Source: Azolla caroliniana (lineage: Eukaryota; Plantae; Polypodiophyta). From it: a stretch of 64,000 nucleotides of DNA. The notes below the pieces were generated by a model. It was not told the DNA's origin, ran no database searches, and saw only the letters and a program-made list of their open reading frames with translations. Positions 25,207 to 37,870 of the stretch are shown here, in pieces. The position numbers and the translations under genes are program-made. Numbering within the stretch: position 1 is the first letter of the stretch; each line of letters begins with the position of its first letter. The DNA lies in the NCBI GenBank assembly GCA_043228905.1, contig JBHGNT010000009.1, positions 19,282,001 to 19,346,000 on the forward strand, written 5' to 3'.

Positions 25207-25657
25207 TAACAATCGGCAACAGTTTGGTTCGAGAGTGTCAAACTCAAACCATTTAAAACCAAAACATTTAAAAATTTTGAAACTTGAACTGAACCAAATT
25301 GAACCATAAAATTGTTTAAACCAAACAGTTACAAAAAAATCAAGATCTTTCCAAAGCATTAAACCATTAAAACCGCGTTTGTGGTTCGGTTTTGATTTTC
25401 AAGCTAAGTCAAAATTCAAATTTTCACATTCAAATTTTAAAATTTTCAAAATTTAAAGTTTTTTCTTAAAATATCAAAATTAGGCTTAAAATGTTGAAAG
25501 AAACATTTAAGAAAATGATCAAGTTTCAATTCGAAACCATCAAATGTACCATTTGAACCGGAATCGTTAAGCCGATAAAGGCTCGAACCAAACTGAACCG
25601 TTTAAGTCATTAAGCCACGGTTTTGTAGTTCGGTTCAAACTGAACCGTTGCCGATTG
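25207..25657. mobile_element. hAT-family MITE, copy 1 (TSD not recognisable)
   Basis: Ends taacaatcggcaac ... gttgccgattg, with internal aaccg/cggtt subterminal motifs; same family as 37215 and 52182. Confidence 0.8.
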
Positions 25658-26280
25658 CAACAACCCTTAGATCCCCAAACATCCAAACCACCATTCACAT
25701 TTTGATCTGACTACAATTTCTCCTAACCCCTCCTTCCTTCAAGTTACTACAATTCCATCATTACAACAACCCTATTTGGGGCCTAGCTATTGACCTCAAT
25801 AAAGGTCACACTAGGCATTGAATTGTCGATCTCTAGATACATGTTACCATCTTAGCCTCTTCATACTAAAGAGACTTTCAAACGTTGGTCGATACATGGT
25901 TTTTTCCACATATATATGTTATGGATGGACCCCACCCTTCATATTCACCCACTATGTCATCCATCAATGATTGGCAAGGAATGTGCAAGAATTTTTTACA
26001 CACCACATACATGCAAGATCTCCAACTTCCGCCCCTCAATATAGAATGCCTCCAACACATACCCTTGCCTCCCTCTCTACACTCGCACTTGCCCTCATCC
26101 CACCCACCCCCACCCCCACCCCCACCCCCTCTTAACCAAAAAGACCTTCACATATCGTCCACTCTCTCCATACCCTTTGACAACCTAATTTGAGTCTCAC
26201 TTTCCCGCCCCTTATTCACCGTGAAGGACTATGCTCATCAAGGTGCACCTAGGAGTGTATAATCACTAGCTTGAAGAGGA

Positions 26281-26878
26281 TGTTAAATGCTTGTTTTATG
26301 TAGCACGACTCAAAGACATCGGCATTGGTACCAAGGACCAAGAGAATAGGATAAAGCTTTAAGCCAAGATTCTTTAGTAATATCTCTTGATGCAATATTG
26401 GCTCAAATATTGTAAGATTTCACATGTCATGCGTGAGGCTCAAATGAATGACTTCATGATTACACCACCAAGTGATACCATTATGATTGTTATACTATGA
26501 GTTTATATTCTCATCATTGTAATTATTTCTTATGCAATACACATACATGTTGACTTATATGAGCAATGTGGCTTGCATGCATCACACAGTAACACATGTG
26601 CACCAAGAAGAACCCACATATCACATGCATTATTCTTCTAATATCTATTTAAGAAGGATTCACAATATGAGAAGTCATTCTTGTTCAAAACCAGTATTGA
26701 GCTTCTAGTCATGTCCCTAGTCGTAATTATCTCTTTTACCTAGTAAAACTTATCTAATTCATATCACCTTGATCAACTCCCTATTGTATTTGTGCACACT
26801 CTTACTCTCTTTTGTTGCTCTCACATTTTAATATCACTCTTTGCACACTCCAACTCTCTTTTGCACGCTCTAACAACA
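26281..26878 (+). mobile_element. LTR-like segment
   Basis: Starts tgtta after purine-rich ttgaagagga and ends ctaacaaca; lies upstream of a copia remnant; no partner LTR found. Confidence 0.35.
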
Positions 26879-26881
26879 TTT

Positions 26882-27110
26882 GTACTCAAGCATTGAGGTC
26901 AAAGATTGCATTTTATTCAAGTATTGAGATAGAGGGTTGCATATATGTACTCGGGCATTGAGCTCAATATTGCATTCATACTCAAACATTGAGCTCAAAT
27001 ATTGCATTCACACTTGAGCATTTGAGCGCAGATATTGCGTTAATCCTCAAGCATTGAACTTGACTATTGCATTTGCACTAGAATGTTGTATTCGTCCTAG
27101 GCATTGCACT
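26882..27110 (+). repeat. Tandem repeat of tactcaagcattgagctcaaatattgcatt (about 6 degenerate copies)
   Basis: Directly visible, in the leader position of the copia remnant. Confidence 0.75.
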
Positions 27111-27169
27111 CTAGGATTTCAAAGAAAAATGTTATAGACGTAGTTTTGGTATGGATTGTACATTAGAAT

Positions 27170-29790
27170 CAATGACCAATGTGTGTCTATTGAAGTTCGA
27201 CGAATCAAACTTTGATTTCTAGAAGAATTATATTAGGATTATCTTGTTGTGAAAGGATAGATAGATCCAATTGAAAATGAATCAACACCTAGCGAGTATG
27301 AACTTGCGAAAGTTCTAAACTTCATTCGCTAACTACAATGACAATTCAAATGCACCTCTCTGAATCATTGTATGTCACAATACACTCATGCAAGACAACC
27401 TACAAATTGTGGCATCGATGAAGATATACCTCATTCAACACCTCTACAACATTTGAAAAAAAGAAATTGGCTTGGTTCTTGGCCCCTTTAATGCTTATGA
27501 CGGCATTGTTCCAAGTATTAGGTTCAAGGGGATGACTATTGATGAAAAATTAAGTGCACTACTACTAATGAACACTCTACCAACTTTGTGGGAAACATTG
27601 ATAACATTGGTCTGCAACTCAAACACAACCAATTGAACTTATGGTGTAGCTACCATTGCCATATTATCTATCTGAAGACACCTAACATGATATGTTTGCA
27701 CAAAATTCCATAGGTGATGGCCATAATGCACAAATTTCAACTGATCATCAACAACACAGTAGAAGTTAAGCTAAACTCCTCTCATGGCCCGACCAATTCT
27801 AGGACCCGAAGCAAGTTACAAGACTCCTGAACTTGCAATTACTACAAGAAGCTTGAACATGTCAAATTTGAATGGCAATAAAACTTAGAATTTTTCTCAA
27901 TATAAAAATTCAAGCAAATGGGTGGAAATGGTGAACCATGTTGCATCAACCTCTTTCAACAAAACTAGCTAGCGATGAAATCTATCGATGTGACCAAAGA
28001 TGGTATTACTATAGATATGAACATCCTTAGTTTAGAGAGTATCATTGAAGAAGTTTTTCTTACTACAAATGAAGCTACCAACTATTTTCTTGACTTCGAT
28101 GCCTCCTATCACGCCACTCCATTCTGATCCCAAATCCGGTAGTATATTGTTAGGGATTTCAAGCCGGTTCGTATTGGTTATGCACAACATCGTGTCACGA
28201 TCAACATTGGAGAGCAAGGTTGTTAGGTACGTTAGATACAATAGGGATACCATGTGTATATAACATATTAATATGTGTATAGTACCTCCCAATTTAAAAA
28301 TACGTTAAATATGTTTTTTAATATGTTAAATACTTATAAAATACTTCTTCAAAGTCAGGTCCCAGGAAAGGTTTCTGTTTTCTTCTTCTTCTTCGTCGTC
28401 GTCGTCATCATCATCATCATCTCTTCTGGTCTTCTTTCTTCCTTCTTTTTGCTTCCTTTTCACTAAAATCTTTTTTTCTTTTGATTTTTGTTGGTGTTTT
28501 ACTTACATTTTTTTATAAATACGTATTATACCTGTTTTTTTCAAATGTATGTTAAATACTGTATTGGACAAATGTACATGATATTTGACTGAACAACATT
28601 GAGGTATAGTACATACTATACAAATTATGAGGTACTATACGTATTTAAACGTTAAATACGGGTACATAAACAACCATGTTGGAGAGGTGAACTTAATCTT
28701 CCCAATGGTTCTACCCTAGTTCTTTATGACATCTAACATTTCCCTAATATGAGCCAATCTCTTATCTCAATCAGACAACTCAACGAAGTTAGTTTTCAAA
28801 GAAGCTTCTTGTGAGGAGGGTGGTCTACTTGGTCAAGGACCCAAGGTACATACTCTGTATCCCTTGTATGCCACTAGAAGAGAGAGTGGTCTATTTGTAA
28901 ACAACCTCCTGACTTCCTCATTATGGTATAGGACTTGTGAACTTGCGCAAGACTAATATCACATAGTTATTTAAGGCTAGCTCCATTGCCTAACTCTCTT
29001 ATTCTGACCATAAGTTCTGTGACCATTTCCAGTGCATAAAACATGCAGCCTCACCTCACTTGGCTAGCACACTGAGAGAATCAAAACCTCTTGATTTGGT
29101 TCTTTCGGATGTTTTCAAGCCTTAGTCTCTTGGTGGTGCCTCATACTTTGGCACATTCATACATGATGTTACTAGTAAGGTGTGGGTCTATACAATGAGG
29201 ACCAAAGGTTGATTATCCAAGACTATCTTGCAACGATTGAGAATTAGATAGATCAAAAACTCAAATGTTTTCGATCCAATAATGGGGGAGAGTATAAATT
29301 AGAAGAACTCATGTTGTTATAAACAAATCTAGGTACCCAACGTGAATACATCACACCCTCTAATTTGGAGAAAAGTAGCATTTATAGATGAATGAATCAA
29401 ACAATTTAGGAAATAATTGTTGCCATGATGAAGCAATCCAAAATATTTGAGGGTGACTAGGCCAAGGATCTACTCACTCCAATGCACATCATTAACATGT
29501 TGCCAAACAGACCTCTCAACTCCAAAATCCCACAAGAGCTTTGGATTGGTAAACGTCCGAAGTATGACAAGCTACAAATATTTGAATATGAATTGTTTTT
29601 GTGATGCCCAAGGATGCGAAACAAAAGGTGGATTCTCGTTCACGCAATTGCATCTTTGTCGGCTATAGTTCCAATGGAAACACTTGCTATAATTTGTGGG
29701 ACCCCAAGACCAAGGAAATTGTTGGAAGCTTGAGCATTGTCTTCAATAAGTCGGTAATGCACAAATCAATTGAACACCCAATCAAATTTT
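27170..29790 (+). mobile_element. Highly degenerate Ty1/copia internal region (gag-PR-IN remnant)
   Basis: Remnant motifs LDFDASYHATP (protease, about 28090), KPLDLVLSDV, LGGASYFGTFIHD...KVWVY, KLKCFRSNNGGEY and KVDSRSRNCIFVGY, with many stops. Confidence 0.85.
28255..28672. mobile_element. MITE-like insertion in the copia remnant
   Basis: Degenerate TIRs (tatagtacctc / gaggtactata) flanked by the direct repeat ACCATG; the copia reading resumes afterwards; similar AT-rich sequence at about 18770-19070. Confidence 0.55.
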
Positions 29791-31172
29791 GACAAGTAAT
29801 TGACAGGTACCATGGACAGATGGTGAGCGTGGATGAAGTATTTATTAATACTATTAGAATGGATAGTGAGTGGATGTGATGAAGCATTTCTATGGACTGA
29901 CATGGAGATTTATGTTAAATATTCTTTATTATAACTTATTTTGTATTAGTTGATAGATTTTCTTCTATAGTTGATGGAGGGTGTTGGGTGAAGCATTTAC
30001 TACAACTATTCAATAGTGGGGTTCATTTATTTTTCAACTTTGGGGAGTGATTTTCTCATTTTTCTGAGGAGGATGAGTGGAGACAAATTTAGGGAGTGAT
30101 AGGGAGGCTACATTATGTTTAATTACTTTTCAAATTTGGGGAGTGGTTTTCTCATTTTCCTGGGAAGGATGATTGGAGTCAAATTGTCAAAAGGTATTGT
30201 ACTAAGATGTACATTTGGTTGCAGGTCTTATGTATGAATGGGGAAAATAGAAGATTGTCGTAAGATGCAACTATTTTGTGTACGTTGAAAATGGAAAATA
30301 GAAGACTGGTTTGGCTTTGCTTGGGGAAGCCATTCTCATGGGAAAATCTTTTTGCTTTCTTTGTAAGGTGTGTAATTATTATGATGTCATTTTTTGGTAT
30401 GATGAAAGTAGGCGGCAGGATCTATGGCTAGTCATTGGGATAGTCCTTTTTCCTCTTCTTTTTCATCTCTTTTGTAGTTTGTACTTGATAGGTTTTATTT
30501 AAAACTAATGGAAGGATATTTTGTTTTGGAAAAAAATTAAAAAATAAAATAATTTGTGTTGATCCAACCACTTCTCTTGATGACCCCGCCCAAGACACTA
30601 TCAACTACCCAACAAGCAATTGATCATGCACTTTAGATTGCACCAATAGCGGTTGGCAACCCCACCAAGACAAAAGAGATCACCAATTATAATCTAATGA
30701 GTTTGGTTCTACCATGCCAATCCGAGAGACTATCTCATCGATCCAAAAGGTATTTACTAGACATTTTCGACATAGATGTAGGTGAAACTTCAATATCCAA
30801 TATTTCGTTATTTGGCATCCAAACATATAAAAGCGTGATATCACTATCGTGGAATGCGTCACCAAGAAGAAATTTGTCATCAATAAGATTCTATCATTCA
30901 ACAACATATCTAATGCCATGAACAAAAGGCTCTCGACAAATAGATTTCAATCATTGTCAATGAAATGGTCTTGAAGTTGATTCCAATGTTGTCTAGCTAA
31001 GTTGGTTACCTTATACATGCCCACTATGTGGTAATGCTCATTATACATTGTACATGTGACAATGCTCATTATACATTGACTAGCTAAGTTTGCTACATTA
31101 TACATGCCCATTAGACAATGTAAAGTTTGATTTTGAGAAGTAGTGAAAACAATTTTGTGCGCCTACAACAAT

Positions 31173-31241
<69 letters not shown>

Positions 31242-33805
31242 CTCACATTGTGCTTACGATTTCATTTATCTTGCTTCCAATTGCTTTTCTCTTCCACAAC
31301 ACTCTTGATGTATAATATTGACATGGAGGCATAACTTCGTTTCCAAACATTCCTAGTTCATGTATTATTATTACTCATGGAGCTTGGTGCCAAAGGAAGC
31401 GGATGTTGCCATGAGGAGTTATATAAAACATCATGTATATATAACACCATAGACATCATGCCATCACAAAAAGGTCATAAGGAGACTTGAATCCATTATC
31501 TCCATTGGTTATTGTTTTTTATATAATATTTTGCAACTTTTTAAGATTATGAGATAACGCCACCTTGCACATGCTAATGCATGATCACTAAAATGGCATG
31601 CTTGTATGAATTCCAAGTGGCGATCATGAATATATGTGAGATTGCAACATGCATGTGCCCAACCATGCTAAACAAGCAAATGCCCTAGTTATTGATGAAC
31701 CATTTCCATTCAATGGGTCTTTGTCATATTCTTGTAGTCTTGTTTTTCTTGATAATAAGCTTACATTTGTCTCTTGTTTCCCTCACAAACTAAGATTTAT
31801 ACAATTCAGATCATGGATGAAGAATGTGAGAGATCTACATCATAAGTGTGTTATTCTCTCCGCACTTTAGTGATTTTGAAATCCTTTTTAGACTTCTTTA
31901 GAATTTTCCTACATTGAATCTCTAGGAGAGCTTTTTTTTTCGACTTTGCCCTTTGACAGAGTTGTGCTTCGAAAACCTCAATGAAGATGTGATAGTAATG
32001 GTGATGGTGATGTACACAACGGTGGACGAAAGTACAACCCAATAGTGAGATGAGGATTTAGAATATGTAAGAACAAGAGCATTTATATGCCATCAAGGAT
32101 GAAGATGTGCAAAATGGAGCATGTAAAAAAGAAAAGAAAAGAAATACATCGAAATGGATCATGTAAAAATGTATATGAAACCTTAGGGATGACAATTGTA
32201 GACTGAGTATATAAACCATGCACATTACTAAGTTGGTTATTAATGTAGAAATCATAATAGGAACTTTACAAGGATAAGTTTATGACATATATACAACCCA
32301 TCCCTACCTTGACACTTAGAATTTGAAGTTGGTTCATGTGTAGAGTGCAACGAACTTAACTAGGTCACTCAAATGGAAGAACTTGTCCATGATTTTTGTC
32401 GTTATGTCCAAGACTTGCACCTGGGAAGGTGCTAAGGCAAATGGTTTGGTTGTTGGATAGGTGTGGGAGTCCTAACTACCCACTTTGTAGTCATTTTATG
32501 AGATTGGTAGATTGTGTTCAAGTTTTCCATTGTGGAGTGTGGACCATGCATGGTGGGGATCGAGTGGCTCATGTCTAGGTTGCTAGTTGAGTTAATTTTG
32601 GGAACCAATACTCAATGTTGCCCTCAAACCACCCTTGAAGTTGACTCATTGTGAGAATCTTCAATATTTGTCAGGCGATAAATATTCATTTTCCATGGTA
32701 AACTACTATTGTATCCACATTCATTCATGTACATTGAGTAGCATGATCAACCTATTTCATAATTGTTTTTGTATCCCCTTACTCATACTTTATTGGAGTT
32801 GTGTACTCAACTTTGCTGCTGAAGGAGCCAAAAATAATGACTATCCTTATGCCAACCTTGGGTGGTTACGAGCCTACGAGCTATTAAATTTGTTTGTCTT
32901 GCCTTTGCATGACAAATGTTCAACAATTGAATAATTGTGTAAAGTTTTGAGCTTCAATATGTAGTTGCATTTCCCAGACACAGTGACTTAATTTTATATA
33001 CTCTTAAACGAATTTGTTGCATTTGTCATTGTCATGCAAGTACATATAATTGACTAGCTTATGAAAATTATATATATATTAAAATAATGAGGCATAAGGG
33101 AGTAATAACAAAACTAATAAAACATGTTGTTTCAATGATTGCTTTTTAGTTTAGTTCTTTTTGCATGTGAACCAAGATCCTTTACGTAACAAGCATTGTT
33201 GCATTGAACTTGTGTAATAGATAATAAAGTTGAGGGAACTTGAGGCAAAGAGAGTGTTAGAAAATGTATTAAGAACAATTCAAATTTCTAAATAAATGTA
33301 ATAAGAAGGAGCTAGAACATATGTGCTCACTCTAAAATCCAAATGTGGAATTAATCAAATATTGTATTTGTATTATGGCATGACAGATATCATAGGATGA
33401 CCTTAGACGAGTACTCATCAAGAGGAAGAAAAGAAGTGGCTAAGCTATTTTATCTAAATGTAATGTAAATTTTGTCAATGGTAAGGTAGATATTGGGACT
33501 AAAGCTCTTTTCTATTCTCTTTTTCCATAAAATGGTAATTTAATTGAGTACAAAATGTATAACTAAAGTAAATGGAAATGCAACATCAAGTGAACCCCAT
33601 CCAATTCCCAAGTGTATCCTTCATAACTTACTTTCCTTAGAGGACCTATTCTATGAAGTTACCTAACGACCACTGACGGTGGACATGATTTCGTATAACC
33701 CTACTATCTTGGATCGGCCATTCGGAAGTCGCCAACAAAGAGAATGCCAAATGTGTCTTCAACTCCATATTGAGCATAAAAACAAAAACAAAAGCATTGC
33801 ACATT

Positions 33806-33849
<44 letters not shown>

Positions 33850-33858
<9 letters not shown>

Positions 33859-34090
33859 CATACACACTCTAAATTTAAAAAGTCGATGTAGGCTTTCTTT
33901 TTTTAAACTTTTTAGATTGTATTCCTTGTGATGTAATGAGAAAGTGAATGACGCATGTGACAACTAAGTGGAAAAAATATGACAAATGTGATGCCTATTG
34001 GAGTAAGAATTTATTTGCATGACTTCATTAGGCTTTTTTCATAAGCTTTACTATGGAGCTTTCACATGCTATTGACATGAGGATGTTTGG
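33850..34090 (+). repeat. Second copy of the (CT)n-associated dispersed repeat
   Basis: Similar to 17560-17890; follows (CT)n at 33810-33855. Confidence 0.6.
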
Positions 34091-34711
34091 TTAATACAGT
34101 TGATCCCTTCGAACGTTACAAAGTTCCTAAAAACATTTACAATGACATATTGTGTTGTAATATATGTGCCCACACAAAAATCCTAACCAACATAGAAGAG
34201 ACCAACCATTGTATCTGTAATTTGGCTTAACATACATAACTGGCTTGACCTTTGATGAGTATTCGTCCAGAGAGAAGACAAGAAGCAATCATATGTTGCC
34301 GAATTGCGTGTTTGGTGATTTGTTGCCATCAAATATGCATGCAATCAATCAAACACGCCAAGTTACAAATGAGCTCATTGTCAAATGATCGATAACAGAG
34401 ATAAGCATGCTCTCACATATGTTAAAAACGTCCGATGTTCAAGTCTCGTTTCGCCGTTCATTCAGCGAGTGCAATTTGTTCTGCTCGAAGGAGGTATAAT
34501 AAGATTGAGTATGAGAGTTTTTCGGTGAGGAGAGGGCCAGGACGGACGAGACCCAGGGCCTTCGGAAGCAGAGAAGACAAAGGAATATGGAGTCAAGAGG
34601 TGAAGCCTTGGTGAGGCTCTCTAATGGAATGGTATTGGTTAGGTCAATAAGAGTATATGAATGAATAGGAGGTTTCTTCTTCATGACCAACCCCCACCTC
34701 CCCCCCAAGTG

Positions 34712-34757
<46 letters not shown>

Positions 34758-35529
34758 ACTTTCTCTCTCAACAGCTAAATGAATGAATGAATGCATAAGG
34801 TTGTAATGACCCACTTCACAAACTGTAATTATAATGCCAAAGAGAAATGCATGGAAAGGATGATGTAAAGAGAAAGCTATATAAAATTCCTTTTTCTATC
34901 TCTCTGTTCTTTTTTCCTTCCTTCTTCCTGTTTTTTTTTTTTTTTTTGTTTTTTTTTGTTTCACCCTCAGTATAATCCTCTGCTTTTGTTTCCTTCTTCT
35001 TCTTCTTCTTCTTCTTCTTCTTTTATTTTATTTTTTCTCCTGTTGGTTTTGTCTTCCTCTTCCTCTTCCCCTCCTCCCCTTTCCAAACTTCCTTCTGAAT
35101 CTATCTCCATTTGGGCTTCTTCTAAATGTCTTTCCTTCTCTTTCTAATTCTGTAATATAGCAGAGTCCAACTCAAAATCCTCTCTTCATTTTTATTTTTT
35201 GCTTCCAAAATCTTCTAGATTTCATTTGGGCGATTTTTTTTTCTCTATTTTTACCCCTCTAACTTCTCTTTTGAACAGCGGAAACAAAACCAAACAAATT
35301 CCTTAATCCTTCCCTCACTAAGGTAAGCACATTTGTTTCCTCATTTTTTCTATTCGATTTAGACATTGTGCCAGGGGGATTCCTTTCTTACACGTAATGA
35401 TCAAATACACCATCATAATGAATCGTTTTTTCATTAGAAGAACGTGAAATGAGGGATTCAACTTCTGATTATGATAGTCTATTTGTTCAATGTGTATTAT
35501 AATTAGCTTTGTATATATCTATATATATA

Positions 35530-35562
<33 letters not shown>

Positions 35563-35817
35563 GCGTGTGTGTGTAATTGTTCCAAGTTCTTTCAACAATC
35601 TTATCCCTAGAATCCTCGAAAATTCAAGGTCTGTATGTGTGATGTACGTTCAAAAGCCAATTATATTTGATTTCTCAGAGTTGCAAATTTCATGGAACTG
35701 TGCGTTTTTTTTATGTAAGAAGCTTTTTGGGCATCTAAAGTTCTTCTTTCTCAAAGCTGTTTGAAATATATAGTTTCTAGTTGATTTGGGAGCAGAGCAA
35801 AGCAAAGCAGAGAAAAA

Positions 35818-36699
35818 ATGGACCCAGAAGTGTTGCTCTATGGAGTATTAGATGTGTGGATACACCGAGCATTAAATCTACCAAATATGGATACTTTCTC
35901 TGAAGTTTTACGGCAGTGTATAACTATCTGCAAACCATGTATAAATACAGTGTCAAAAGTAGATGTGGAGAAGAGCATACATAGTGATCCCTATGCATGT
36001 GTTATTTTGAAAGGTGCTACCGTAGCAAGAACACAAGTTATTTCCAACTCATTGAACCCTCAGTGGAATGAACATTTTGAGATACCAGTAGCTCACACTG
36101 TCTCAGATGTGATCTTGGTTGTCAAAGATAATGATATGATGGGTGCCCAATTCATTGGCCAAGTCCAAATCCAGGCTGAATCGATCTTATCTAAAGGCAT
36201 TGAACGTCAAACTTTCAGTTTGACTGGAAAAGATAACAAACCATTGAAACCAGATGTGCAAATTGAGATTTCGATCAAATACATTTCAGTTGCCGATGAC
36301 CCATCATATAAAAATGGCATATGTGCAGGCCCTGAATATAAAGGTGTCCCAAAGACCTATTTTCCTTTGAGGAAAGGTGGACGTGTGACTCTTTATCAGG
36401 ATGCGCATGTTCCAGATGGGTGTCTTCCTTCTTTCGAGCTTCAAAATGGACTGAAATTTGAGCATGGGAAATGTTGGGAGGATATATTCAATGCCATTGT
36501 ACATGCTCGACATCTTGTTTATATTGCCGGTTGGTCGATATACACAAAAATCAAGTTAGTTCGAGATGGAAGCCAAAAGAAAATTCTCTCATCCAATAAA
36601 ACACTTGGGGAATTGCTGAAGGCGAAAGCTGAGCAGGAGACTGCCCGTGTTTTATTGCTGGTTTGGGATGACAAAACATCTCACTCTGTCATTGGAAAT
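35818..36699 (+). CDS. PLDdelta: Phospholipase D delta-like, coding exon 1 (C2 domain and start of the catalytic region)
   Basis: LPNMD, SDPY, NPQWNEHF, VKDND, YFPLRKGGRVTLYQDAHV, YIAGWS and LLVWDDKTS motifs; donor AAT|gtgagt. A 5' UTR exon probably ends at 35322 (ag|gtaagc). Confidence 0.95.
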
Positions 36700-37214
36700 G
36701 TGAGTTTCAATCTTGGTTTATATGTTTGATTAATATCAAACAATTAGGAGATTTATCTTCAATCATGTTTTTCCTATGTTTGCATGATAAGAAACAATTC
36801 TGTGACTGCCCGTGTTTTGTTTTTTGTTTGGAATGACGATACATCTTACTGTTGGAAGTGTGCATTCAATCACGCCTTACATGTTAAATATATGAAACAA
36901 ACAGGTTATTTGAGTAGAATAGAAAGCAAAAAAACTCTTTCATCTATGTTAAGAGTCTCATCCATTCTTATGGTTGCTCGTCATGTATTGATAGAAAATT
37001 TTGAAGTTCAATTGTGCTCTTGTAATGTTTAGATTGACTTTCAATATGTCCTTTCAAATTAATATTAAGTGGACCCCAAATTTCTTAATGATATTGTTTT
37101 CCCTCAGGAATCTCGTGAGCTTTTATATTATATGTTGTTTTAGCTTGCTTTTGTAAAATCTGTGCATCTTGTGGTGTACTACATATTTGGGGTTTCACAT
37201 TTCTGTGTGTTATG

Positions 37215-37663
37215 CAACAATCGGCAACGGTTCGGTTCAGTTTGATAGGGTCAAAACCAAACCGTTAATTTTTTTTAAAACCTGAACCGAACTGAACCAC
37301 ACCAAACCACGAAACCGTTAAAACCACGGTTATGTGGTTCGGTTTCAGTTTTCAACTTAGGTCAAAATTAAAATTTTAAAATTTTTAAAGATGTTTCTAA
37401 AATGTGAGAATAAGATCTAAAATGAAAAGATTGTTTAAAAACAATTTAAAAAAAAAACAAACCCTGTTAAACCGAACTGAACCGTTTAAAAAAACCCGAA
37501 CCCGAACCCGAACCGTTTAAACCGTTTAAACAGTTCGGTTTCCAACTGTTGAAACCGAACTGAACTGTTAAAAAACCCCGAACCGAACCGTTTAAACCGT
37601 TAAGCTGTTAAGCCAAGGTTTTGCAGTTCGGTTCGGTTCAAACCGAACTGTTGCTGATTGTTA
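37215..37663. mobile_element. hAT-family MITE, copy 2, in PLD intron 1
   Basis: TIR caacaatcggcaac / gttgctgattgtta; perfect 8-bp TSD GTGTTATG (37207-37214, 37664-37671). Confidence 0.92.
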
Positions 37664-37753
37664 GTGTTATGGTTATCCAGAGGACGATTTATAATGCAAA
37701 CCAAGTTGTGCGTTATGATTTTCATGCTAGTTTTTTTTTATCTCAATGTGCAG

Positions 37754-37870
37754 GTCGGTGTCATGGGAACACATGATGAAGAAACTAGAAGGTTCTTCAA
37801 ACATTCAAACGTAGCTTGTTTGCTTGCTCCTCGCTATGCAGATAAAAAGTCTAGCTGGTTCAAGCAGAAG
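37754..37870 (+). CDS. PLDdelta: Phospholipase D delta-like, exon 2
   Basis: cag|VGVMGTHDEETRRFFKHS...KQK|gtta. Confidence 0.93.
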
